NCBI GenBank assembly: GCA_003614675.1
Contig: ML002234.1
Span: 44,045-64,044, forward strand
Source of the DNA: Dimargaris cristalligena
Lineage: Eukaryota
Reading direction: 5' to 3'
Length of the DNA: 20,000 nucleotides
Shown: positions 1 through 11,127 of the stretch, in pieces
How positions within the stretch are numbered: position 1 is the first letter of the stretch
Layout of the letters: the number at the start of each line of letters is the position of its first letter
The notes under the pieces: generated by a model
The model's input: only the letters and a program-made list of their open reading frames with translations
The model's database searches: none
Told to the model about the DNA's origin: nothing
Position numbers and translations under genes: made by a program

Positions 1-186
1 TCGAGAAATGCCGGGAGGGGGAGGGGGGAGTTGGTAATATCGGTGAGTATAAAATCATAATGTAGAGTGGTTAGCTATTAAATTCTACTTGCGCAATCCC
101 TAAATCTTCCAAAATGGTATATTCACAGCTACAGGAGGAATAGACTAGACCCGTGGCTATTGGTCTTCAGTTTTGTCTCTACTTAC

Positions 187-2662
187 TGGACACGCTTTTA
201 GGGTCACATAGAGGGAAGGAGTGGTTAATCTCCGACCAAATGGTGAGGGTATTCAGAATGGTATGGGTATTCATGTGGACTCCGTTACACGCCGGAATCG
301 TACGGAATAAACCGTCCATGGATTCCAGGGCCCGGCGCAAAACGAGTAGGTCCGACTGCAGCGGGTTGGCGCCGATGGGGGACAGGGTGGATAACAGACG
401 GTATAGGGCGGCGACCAATACACCGTTGGTGAGCGACTCCTGCTTATTTAAGGGGTCGGGGATGGTCCGGAGTATAGTGAGGGTATCGCTACAATCCTGG
501 TCGTTTAAGATTGCACAAGCCAGCTGGTTAGCGGTACCTCCGACGAAATTCATAGGCCCGGCTATTTATGACAATACAAGGGACCGGTAAAAATATGCAT
601 AGTCGTTAGTTAGCGATATTGAAATAATCCAATAAAATAGGGATTCCTAAAGCACGGCAGCATACCACTGCTATGAAGGTGTATTAATATATAGCCACCC
701 TCTTACTAAGTATTTCGACTTACCTGAGTCAAGTTGTTTCCAGTCGGTCAACACAATGATCGCCGCCTCCTGACTTCCCTTTGGACTAACGGCCAGCACC
801 GCACCATTAGGCGCCAGTCGAGCGTATTCCAGTGGCCCGAACCTATCCATCCACGCAGCCGGCAAAATCCACGGCCGATCCGAACCCCCGGCTACGGCCA
901 AAGTCATTCGATCCAACCACCGGATCGAGCCGTTCCGGCTCACGGCTACCAGTTTATCCGGGAGGCCGTGGCAATCCCGGGTTTGGCCAATGAAGATAAG
1001 TGGGGAATCGGTACCTAACAGAGTAACCGCCCGTTGGTGGCCAATCAGGCGGGTGAGTGACGGCAGGGCAGCGGCGGCAGCAGTACTTTCGCTAGGCTCG
1101 TCGTCCCCGGGGACCGATGGGAGTAAAGTGGCTGCTTCTTCCACTATGGTCCACCGTTGGATCACCGACATCGACACCGAGTCCGACGTTGACGCCGAAG
1201 CGACAGTGGCGGTGGTGGTGGTGGTAGAGTTCGAACTGATACCTCCTAGATCGCTATTGTGGGCCACCGGAGGCGCCGGAACGGAACACTCCACGGTCAA
1301 ATTGAGCAGGATGTTATGTCCCGCCGAGGGAGGACCGGCCGGTTCGGGACTACGGGGTGGCAGCAGTTCCAGGTGTTGAATGGTGAATCCGCGTCTAGTG
1401 TTCGTATAGGCAGCCGGTAGGCATTGTAACACCTGGTCGCTGGTGAGCGTAAAACGGCCGAGCGAACGGGGGTCCAAAGTCGGCTCGGTGGTATAAAAGT
1501 GAAGCGCTATTTCGTACAGCGCCACCTCCAGGGAGTGCTGGGGCCCGTAATAGGCCGTCAAGAGGAGATACTGTTCCTGACCGTCGAAACATAGATTGGC
1601 CAGTGCTAGAACGGGGGTTGAATCGGAGGGCAATCCGGCGGTGGGTAAGGCCGAGACAATCGATTCGAACAGGGCCCCGTCGTATTGATAGTAGTAGTAG
1701 AATTCACCGGTGGCGGTTAAGGCAAAAAAGGCCAGGGTACCAAACGTATTGCGTGGTCCGTGGAAAGGGGGCCGGGTCAGCGGCACTTCGGGTTGGAAAG
1801 CGGTGGTCGTGGGGGAATAGCCCCCACCACCACCGGGGGTGGCCGTATCGTCCGACGACGTGGTCATTGTAGCCACGAGCCGAGTTTCCGCACTAGGGAT
1901 GCCATAAGTTCGGTCACTAGGGAGCCATTGGAAGGTCACGATGGGTTGCTGGAGGCGCGTTTCGTAGAGCAGGCCGTTCGCGCTCCGCTGATCGACCGAC
2001 TCGTCGTGGCGCCGCAGCTGGATTGTTCCTAATGGGTCAACTATGGCCGTGACCGGCCGGCTGGGGTGCCGGTAGTGGTGGGCAAAGGGTTCCGTTAGGG
2101 CCACCTCAATCGGACACCCGCGACTTAGCCGCGGGGCGGCTGAACCCGATGGAGGGGACCGTGTGGCGGTAGACCCGGTTGAATGGGGGTTCGGCCCCGG
2201 AAACCCTGCTGACCCTGGGCAGCCACTGCCACCGACCAGGTCGGAGGTGTTTCGAGACCGACTCGATTCGGGAAGGCCAGCAGCAGCAGCCGTGGTCGAC
2301 CCTCCGATGGGTAGTGGAGGACGTAGCGGGGAGGGCGAAGAAATAACCCCACTAGCTGACCGTTTTAGACTGGTGGGTCGGGGGGATGTGTCCGTCGGAT
2401 TACTCAGGGCTTTGCCAATTTGGGGATGGATAGCGGATAGGGCTGGGGACGTGAGGATAACAGAGTTAGAAGCCGGAACGGTAGCAGTCGTTGCAGTGGA
2501 GGAGTTGGAAATCAGGCTGATGTTCGTGTCTGACCGACTGAAGCTGCTGGTTGGAGGGGAGACGACGGCTGCTGGAGGTCGTCGGTAGTAAGCCGGAAGA
2601 GAAGCGGCTTGTTCCGCGTTCGGAATGGTAGAGTGGTCGCCATGGGCAATTGGTCCGGGCAT
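187..2662 (-). CDS. MED16: Probable Mediator complex subunit 16 (Med16/Sin4), 5' part; gene continues past the window start
   Basis: Exon 1 is 2662-724, then an intron 723-562 (CAG|GTAAGT, GCTAAC branch, AATAG|), then exon 2 561-187, which joins in phase with ORF 179..553. A further GTAAGT donor sits at 186 with GCTAAC near 75-70. Motifs resembling the fungal Sin4 beta-propeller, recognised from memory and not by search: IVDPLGTIQL, VTFQWLP, FHGPRNTFGTLAFFALTATGEFYYYYQ, VSRNGSIRWLDRMTL, LAPNG. Confidence 0.68.
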
Positions 2663-3322
2663 GGCGAAAGTCGTTTAGAATGGAAGTACTCTACTGGAAC
2701 ACTTCAAAAAAAGATTACAAGACGATGGCAAATGTGGAAACAAAGTGGTAGGTTCGGAAGAGTGATTGGGTAAAAAGGTTAACAATGTCAACCCAGCCGG
2801 TGTTCAACGGCGATGAATTCCAACGAGAACAAATACAAAGGACTATAAAGCCCGGAATGACTAAACCAATGGTGGAATCAAACGGGGGCATAAATGGTGA
2901 GACTGGAAGTAGAAGTGGAAGTAGAGAAGCTGACGGAGGGATGCTGGGTTGTCCAACTGCTTAAGTTTAACCGGTTTAGAATTTACACTACGGCTCCGCA
3001 TATCCAATCTTAAGAGCGGGAGTATAAACTAACTGAAATGATGGTGCGATATATATACCTGCAGTTGTCAGATCACCACATACCAAGCCACCAAGCACTG
3101 GAAAATAACTAGACCCTCGAAAACCCAGTCATACGCTAACCCCAATAAACATTGACTTGGATGAATTCGAAATGGGATATTCAGTATTAATCCTTGCCAT
3201 AAAAACTGAATTTATATACACTTGTCAACGGTGTTGGCGATTAAACTACACCAAGTAATGACTAAATCAAGCAGCATGGGCCAGTGTGGAGATGCAAAGG
3301 GGAAAAGGAATAAGGAGCGCAC

Positions 3323-4993
3323 TTAAAACACTTGGCGAACGTTGACATTAAGACGGGCATTTTGCATGTAATCGCCGAAGAGAGACCAGTCGGGATCCTC
3401 GGCCAACACCGTTTCACTTGAAGCCAGGTAATCCGGCAGCGTATTTTCAATAATCCGAGGGATGCCTGTAAATATAAAATCGGGACGAACCAAGGTGTTG
3501 TAATGAATGGGATAAATAGAGGATATTAGTTAATCGGCATTGGCATTGGTATATTCCAACCCCCCCCCTACCCAACCCCAAGTTCATTAGATGTTCCATC
3601 AATATAAATAGGATAAAAGCCACCAGCAACCTGGTCAACCTAACCTACCGTGAAAAGCCTTTCGGCGAGGACCACACATACAAACGATATCGCCGCTTCG
3701 TAAATACAGGGCAATGGGTTCAGTGTCGCGGGATTCGTCGCCAATCACGAAAATGGCGGTATTGCCGAGACTGAGGGACACCAACGGTGCCGTCATATTT
3801 ATCTCGCTTCGGTCAACGTGGGCCATGAGCGAATCCCGGGCCTGGTAGTAATTAATCACGCCGGCCTCGGGTTTGAACAACTCCGGGGAGTATTGGTGAA
3901 TATAGCCCTTGTCGGCAGAATCGGTCGTATGGTACTGGGTGTACTGGCTATTGCCATTCACTCCGGCGGTGGAGAGCTGGGCGGGCGAATCGGGCAGGGC
4001 TTCGGGAGACGAAGAAGCGGGCGGTACACATTCGTAACCGATGTTGTGAATAGCCGCTACTACCGTCTGGGCCAAACGGGCAATATCGTCGGGAAAGGGC
4101 TGGGGGGCGTCCAAAAAGTACTCCTTGTTGGACCAATTGTACTGATAGCCTAGAGTGACCCACCGCAGCTTGGGTACCAATTGACCTACCGGAGCCCCCC
4201 CATTCGCGGCTAACTGGGAAGCCGGTGGTGGCGGGCCAAGCTGGTGGTGGGTGTCGGTCGATGAAGTGGACTCTGCTGAATACCTTGCATCAGGAGCAGG
4301 GACCGTTGGAGTCTTGGCCTTTCGGGGGATTTGGCCTCTATAATCACCCTCCTTATCCTCCATGTTGCCATTTTCAGCGTCACCGTGATGGGCGGGAGGT
4401 GGTGCCCAGCCCTCGCAGATACTTTGTTCATGCAGCCGCCAAAGACCTTGGGCGGGTAAATCGTACAGTGCGTCCAGATTCGACTTCGCCGGGGGCACCG
4501 CATGCGTACGTAGGCAGTCTTTGATCAGTTGACGCTGGGCCGCGGGAGTGAACGGGTTGGGGATAAACACCAGGCCCGGAAATCCGGCTAGCATATACCC
4601 GAAGGATAGCGGGGTTGACTCCGGCGGACCGGCGGGGGATGCTGTAGAGCCCTTCTCCTCCTCCTTCTCCCCGAAAATGGAATAATGATTAAGGGACTGG
4701 GCCGCCGGATTCAGCCGCACGGGAACTATGCGCCCTTGGAGGTCGGGGGCATTGGTAGCCCCGGGCCGGAAATCGAGGACCCGAGTTAAGTCGGGGGGCG
4801 GGATCCGGGAGCGGTAAATGCGTTCGATCCGCCGAAACGCCGTGTCATTGGCAAAACCCTCCTTTTGGCGAGCGGTCTTTTGGAATAAGCGCTGCTTTTG
4901 CTGGCGTCGGGATACGTGGGGCTGGAATGCGGCGTTGGCGAAATTAGGCTTGGACTTGTCGGCTGGTAGCGATGGGGGGTGAGTGTCCTCCAT
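3323..4993 (-). CDS. ALKBH1: AlkB homolog 1-type 2-oxoglutarate/Fe(II) nucleic acid dioxygenase, 495 aa, 2 exons
   Basis: Exon 1 is 4993-3649, intron 3648-3466 (CACG|GTAGGT...TACAG|), exon 2 3465-3323. Exon 2 encodes (G)IPRIIENTLPDYL...YMQNARLNVNVRQVF*. Motifs: PGLVFIPNPF, KLRWVTLGYQYNW, EAGVINYY, metal ligands HVD and FHG, C-terminal RLNVNVRQV. Confidence 0.93.
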
Positions 4994-5651
4994 GTTGACG
5001 GAGGATGGGGAAATGGAGGAATATGGTAGATAGGCTGGTACAATTTGGCTAAATGGGGGAGGGGGGGACTAATGGCATGTGGTGTTGGTGGGTGGGCGTT
5101 CTTTAGTAGTACAAGGTTGTAGAGTTTGGGACTCTCCCCCTAAGGAATAGGGCGGATATACGCGGGGGGAAATCTTCTCTGTGTGGCTAATTAATTACAT
5201 GGTGCTTTTCTGACATTGGGTATATAGCTGGCGTAGATGGACCAAATACTGCCACAAGTTTCCTATTTTTGCTATACGGTACATTCTCTTCTCTTCTCTC
5301 GGCACTTAGTATTCCCTTTATTGAGGGCAATGGTTTGGGCTAGTTCACTGGGCCCTTTCTAAACGACATCCTGGCCTGTGTGAGTAGCTGGCGCAACGAT
5401 TGTATCACGCCCTGGATTAGATGCCAAGGTGTAAAGGGTCTGCGAAAAATATAGGGCTGATGGGCTAAATACCACACTACTGCATCATATTTTGAAAATA
5501 TAGTCCATAATGTCAATGGGAGGACGTGTAGGAAGAGGATACGGGGTGGCTAAATTTTTAGCCAGTGATATCTGTGGCCCATGGCACGGGGGGGGTTCCA
5601 CAATCTAGCCCAAGTTTGAGGGCCATTCGCCCACTTTCACATAGGCATATA

Positions 5652-5678
5652 AGAGAGAGAGAGAGAGAGAGAGAGAGA
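5652..5678. repeat. (AG)n microsatellite
   Basis: Uninterrupted AG dinucleotide run in the ALKBH1-lipase intergenic region. Confidence 0.95.
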
Positions 5679-6087
5679 CCCGAAAGCGTCGTCTTCCGCG
5701 TCGGCTGTCGTCCTTCCCCACGAGTGTTTCACAAGCATGGGCTGTAGGCAGCCACCACCAACACTTCTCTCCTCTAGCCACCCAAGTGTGGTTGTCCGAA
5801 GATTCGAAGCTCTCGGGCGGTGTAACCTCTAGGCTACTCTTGAGAGACTTGCGTCGATATAAGGAGTCCCTAAACGGGCTATTTTCGGATTGGGCCCTGA
5901 ATCCGCCGGACTTTCCCCTCCCCAGTTTGGCCTAAATTTTTCGTATTATATATCTACAGGTACCCTTTTGACACTAGTGCGGCATTCATAACCAATGGCA
6001 ATAATAATCAGGTAGACAATGACGGACGCATCAATCGACACCTCCTCCTCAATTTATAAACTGGTGCTACCCAACCTTGGCCGGTGG

Positions 6088-6097
6088 TATATATAAA
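6088..6097 (+). promoter_or_regulatory. Candidate TATA element upstream of the lipase gene
   Basis: TATATATAAA lies about 250 nt upstream of the proposed lipase ATG at 6343. TA runs are common in this window, so support is weak. Confidence 0.25.
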
Positions 6098-6342
6098 CGA
6101 GCTGCAATGACTAGCCGGTACACAGATTCCGTCTGTTTTAGTATGTTCTTGTCTTTATAATGACATGTGTTATATTTTACCCTCGTTAGTATCAATTGTG
6201 GTTATTTGCTGGTTTCTTTGATACTTTTAACGAGTGGGTTATACTGTGGCAGGGACAAACCTGTCCAATCCAACCTCCCTCTATACAGCTGAACTTCCCC
6301 CCTATCTATAAAGATAAACCAATACCCTGAAAATCGCCCACC

Positions 6343-8506
6343 ATGAAGGTAAGCGGACCATCACAAAGCCAACCACCCCACAGAACGGAAGCCTGACCTG
6401 ACTCTACTGCTGGGTTCAAGTAATGCCAAGAAATGCAGATTGGCGTATCTTGAGTGTGGACAATACACATACGCAACATCTGCCAAGAAACGTGCCCCCC
6501 CCCCCTCGCCAACCTTGGTTTATATATCCACCTATGGCATGTGCAGCGTTCCCTCCCTCGACACCAGTATATATAATTATAGATATAGCTGGGGAAAGCA
6601 GTATCCATGGGGTTCGGTTACCATGACGCGAGTGGCTCAGGGAAATTGGTAGCAAGAATATATATATATATATATATATTCGACCGCCCCCCTGCCCTGA
6701 CGTAGTTCGGGTCCTGCTTTTGTCTCTTCAAACTATTCGGCCAATACTGCCTCCTACACCCACCAACAATCGAGTAAATCTTACTCGCTCACTCACTCTT
6801 ACCTTGCCTTGTTTTCCCACCCTTCCTCCCAACGCCCAATAGTTCTTCGTCGCTGCCACTCTTATATTCGCCCTAACCATGAACGGGATGGCCACCGACT
6901 ACATAGGCCAAAGCGTTCGCCTGGCCAAAATGGTGAGCACGGCCGTGGTAGGGCTGTACGAGTTTTACAAGGTTAACAAGGCCTATTTCGACGACAATTT
7001 GAAGATGGACGAGGCGCTGCTTCGTAAGCACCAAGGAACCTCCCGAGAGGCCGACCCCGATGTAGTGGATAGCCTCCGTAAACACTTACAGTACGTATCT
7101 TATTTCCGCTGTGTCCCGTAGTTCGGTGTATATACATGTATAAAAGGCTATTGCGACAGGCTGCCCCAATTACACACACACACATATATATATATATGTA
7201 TATATCTGACCCCTCTTCTACCCACCATGCCTATAATTTGATATGCCCTACCTCTCCCTTATTTAGCTACGCCTTTGATGCCTACTTTGATCCCAAAGAG
7301 GATCACCCCAGCGTGTTAACCGCCGTGGCCCAAGAAGATAGGACCGAATTGGTTCAAACGTTTATCAGCGCCTTCCCCTACGCCGGAGGCTACGTGGCCT
7401 TGAACCGCAAAACCCAGCAAATTATCGTGACGTTCCGGGGAGCCGATAGCATCAAGGCCCATTACCACACTCTGCAGCCCATTCTCGTGCCCTGGGAAGA
7501 ATACCACCCCGGCCTCTATTCATCGACGCCCCAAGACGCCTCCTCCTCCCCCTCGTCGTCGTCCTCCTCCTCTTTGCTCACCCTCAATGCATCGCCTTCG
7601 CCCAGTGGCTCGGGACTGTTATACTCGCTTCCACCTCCCCTACCTAGTAGGCCAGGCACCTTTCCTCCTCCGCCTAGCGCGGGCCGGCCTCTGCTGCCGC
7701 CCCGCCAGTCCCCCTCCTCCTCGTCGGACCACTCGCTCTTACCCCCTCTCCCGGCCCGTCCCCTGGATTGGTTCCCCTACCCCACCACTCATACTGTCCC
7801 CATCCCCCCCGCCACCGCCAATCATGGCGTCCCCACCACTCCGGAGGCCGACCACAGCAGCCAGCTCAAAGTCCACCAGGGGTTTCTAGCCTCGTTTAAA
7901 GTCACGGCTGCCCAGATTCTAACCGTTGTGCAGAATTTGCACGCCCAGTACCCGCACTACCACCTCGACGTGGTGGGCCAATCCCTCGGCGGGGTGCACG
8001 CCACCATGTTGGCCACCCACCTGGGCGAAGGCCGTCAGGCCGGCACGCTCCTCGCCTCCTCGACCCGCATCACCCTGACCCACTACGGCCGGCCCCGCGT
8101 GGGCAATCTCGCGTTTGTGCACCACTTCCGGTCCCTGAACCTCATCAACCGGCGCGTCACCTCCCGCAACGACCTCGTGTCCCGTATCCCCTTCCGCCAT
8201 TTGGGATTCGTGCATGAAAATGACGAATACTGGCTGGATACCCATGGCAAGACGTGGATCATCGAAGGGGCGGACACCGAAACGGACCTGGGGAACGGAG
8301 GGACTAAGTTGGGAACCGATAGCATTTACTGGCATAATGATATTTACGATCGGTCCATTTGGGAAAATCCCCTAAAGGGAACCGGAACGAAATTGGCCCA
8401 GGTGGCCCAAGAGAAACTGAAGCAGTGGACTCCGGACTCGTGGAGCTTCACAAGCCGGAAACAGAGCCCGTCGCCTCCCGGTTCGTTTGACGGAGGGAGA
8501 GGGTGA
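6343..8506 (+). CDS. Class 3 lipase (alpha/beta hydrolase) with predicted signal peptide, 497 aa, 3 coding exons
   Basis: Exons 6343-6348 (ATG AAG), 6843-7090 and 7267-8506. Introns 6349-6842 (GTAAGC...AATAG) and 7091-7266 (GTACGT...TTTAG); all phases are consistent. Lipase_3 motifs: GYVAL, IIVTFRG, KVHQGF, nucleophile elbow GQSLGG (7976-7993), YGRPRVGN, NDLVSRIP, FVHENDEYW, candidate catalytic His in YWHND. The first exon is less certain than the rest. Confidence 0.88.
6658..6679. repeat. (AT)n microsatellite in lipase intron 1
   Basis: Direct AT run. Confidence 0.9.
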
Positions 8507-9042
8507 TGAGTAGCAGCAGGCCCCCCTTCTTTTAGGATCAACCAGAAAGATTATTAATTAGATGATTACGGTAATGAAGGCCCTTGAATTATTTACTACT
8601 GGTCGGGAAATCGGGCATGATAAATCAAGTATTAGTATAAATGTAATTCGATAAAAGCAATTAACCATGATATTAAGCAGTAGGGGACCTTGGCAACCAC
8701 CGATGAATTGGGCGTTAAATACTGCACATGAGCCTCCTAGGGCTCTCACTGTGTGTAGGAAGGGAGAATACACCTCCTCTTTCTAGGCGGCCCAAACCAA
8801 GCCATGGTGTGCATCCAGCTGTTCGAATGGCCTACACATGCTGACCCAGGCCTTGTTTAGCCGGAAGGGGGGGGGAGTCAAGTATGTTGGAACAATTCCT
8901 TTTAACATGCTAATAATTCCCTAGGTCCATTTACGCCATGTCCATTGCCCTCCTGGCGTATGCTTAACTGAATTCTTTAAACGCTTCTTTATTTTTTTCT
9001 CTGCCCCGCCCATATAAGTGCATTCTTCTGCGGTAGTCAACC

Positions 9043-11127
9043 ATGTCCCTTTATTCCGGACTCTCTCTCGGCAAGAATCGTCCAACGGAAGATGGTGGCG
9101 ATCCCAAGTCGGACGGTAGTGGGTCTAACCCAGGAGGCTCTTCCGCGCCTACCGAATCGCAGTCCGTAAACTCCAGCGCATGTAAGTACATTACTACTAT
9201 TTTCCCTTGAGCCCCTACATGCGCTGGTGTGTGTGTGTGTGTGTGTGGAGGAAGAGCGAGCGGCACCCTCCTTCTTCTGCCTTTCACCACAGCCACACTA
9301 TAATGGACCATGCCGTCCACGCTGACCCGTATCAAACCAGTATATTCCGAGTCGCTTCTATAATAAATCACTCACGCGGGCACTTTTATACCGTCTATGT
9401 ATATTTATATCGGCTTGAAACCTCGTTATCGCATACGTTACAATGCCACTGCGTCAGCTGGCTGGAACACCGTCTTTTCATCCCGTAATGCGCGGAAAAA
9501 GCCGGCCGCGGCCCCCAAGATTTCCTTCCAGCTGGGTGCCCCAAAGCGGACGGCCGGGCCTGCTTTTTCGAAAGGAACGTCGCTACAGCCTTCAGGCACC
9601 AATCCCCCACTTAGCCACCCAAGCAGGCCAAATCCGAGCCGTCCAAATGTACATACATACTCTAGTGCCACCAGCACTATTACACCCCCCGACGCCAACA
9701 GCAGATCCCCAAGCGCAAAACTCGGTTCTATAGTAAGACTTCTTGGCTACTTTCCACGAATAAGAGGGATATTATAGGACTACTTGTTTTTTATTTTTCC
9801 GGTAGTACATCTATAGAATAATCTTCAACTCGTAAAGGACAATTAATTGGTCAAATTCATGGACTAGGCAGTCACTAACACCCCCCCTCCCCAACTTCTC
9901 AAATGTACAATACAATGATCTATTCTACCGGGTGCTTGCCAATTTTCAGACACTCCCCACCGAAGCATCGATTTTAATGGACGCCCAGACACTCATTTCC
10001 CACAATCAGCCAGGAACCGCCGGCCCAGCATTAACGGGCTACCACCCCGCAATGGACAAGACGGGTCCCAAAGGTGATTTGTCTGCCCGCCCCCCTTTCG
10101 ACACCCCGACCCTACCACCGGGGTCTTCGTTGTTGTTGTCGTCGTCGTCAACGGTGGCGCGGGGCAAGCGCAACCCCTTGGCGGGCTTGAACCACGACTA
10201 CCAACCCCACCTGCCGAATCACTACGACCGATGCAAGGCCGCTTTGGCTCGGCAAAAAAAGGAGAAGGAGGCCAAACGGGCGGAACGCCGCCGCCTCCGA
10301 CGACTCGCCAAACACGCAGACAAACGGCCGGATTCGGCATCGGAAAAACCAGGCTTACCGGGTGGTGATGGTGGTGATAGGGACAGTGATTCGGAGGATA
10401 TTCGGTCCAACGTAGTGGTCTTATGCAACATGGTAAGTGTTGAGAGGAACCGAAGGGCTCGACTAAAATTCGCTAACCGCTGGGGATTATTCTGCTACTA
10501 ACTATATATATATATATATGCTTGGGTATGTGGTGCCCCCCTCCTTCCCTCTTATGATCCAGGTTCGTCCGGGTGAAGTGGATGAGAGCCTCCAACAGGA
10601 AACCACCGACGAATGTTTGAAATACGGTCCCGTCGTAAAGTGTTTAGTCTACGAGGTAAGCATCCCGGTAATTAGAGCATTAACCATGTCTTACTCAATA
10701 ACTCCCCCTTCTACTTGGATGGGGCGCACGCACCCTTACTCCACCAAATCATCCGGACCGTATTACATAATACATTGGACTAACCCCCCCCCTCCCCACG
10801 CACACACACATATTTAACTGTATGGATAAAAACTGGTGTTGGGATATATACTAGGTTCCTGGCGACCAACTGCCCGCCGAGATTGCAGTGCGTATATTCG
10901 TGGAATTCGAGGACGAGGCCGCTGCTGAACGAGCGAAGGCCGACTTACACAGCCGGTACTTTGATGGCCGACGAGTGACGGCCCGGTCGTTTGATCCCCA
11001 ACGGTTCGGTCGATACGATCTTGCTCCCACTTCGGCCGAAATTGATCGCGTAGTGAATAGGAGAAAAGGAGTGTCCCAAGCTATACTCGAGAATCCTACG
11101 ACTACTACTGCTTCGTCTACCTTGTGA
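9043..11127 (+). CDS. RBM17: SPF45/RBM17 (DRT111-like) splicing factor with C-terminal UHM domain, about 420 aa, 5 exons
   Basis: Exons 9043-9181, 9458-9732, 9950-10432, 10563-10655 and 10855-11127. All introns are GT-AG and phase-consistent. N-terminal MSLYSGL, SPF45-motif-like DYQPHLPNHYD, and UHM domain VVVLCNMVRPGEVDESLQQETTDECLKYGPVVKCLVYE...VRIFVEF...RYFDGRRVTA with the RxF signature. Confidence 0.88.
9227..9247. repeat. (GT)n microsatellite in SPF45 intron 1
   Basis: Direct GT run. Confidence 0.9.

Noticed and set aside
5902..5920. Minus-strand GAGGGGAAAGTCCGGCG resembles conserved region I of RNase P/MRP RNA
   Set aside because: I could not find the complementary P4 partner (CR-V) downstream. 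An Rfam covariance search would settle it.
7136..7266. N-terminus of the 456-aa ORF (MYKRLL...HTHIYIYMY)
   Set aside because: It lies inside lipase intron 2 and translates CA/TA microsatellite.
8504..8509. TGA TGA at the lipase end as possible selenocysteine or readthrough
   Set aside because: The domain is complete before the stop, tandem stops favour termination, and I recognised no SECIS-like element.
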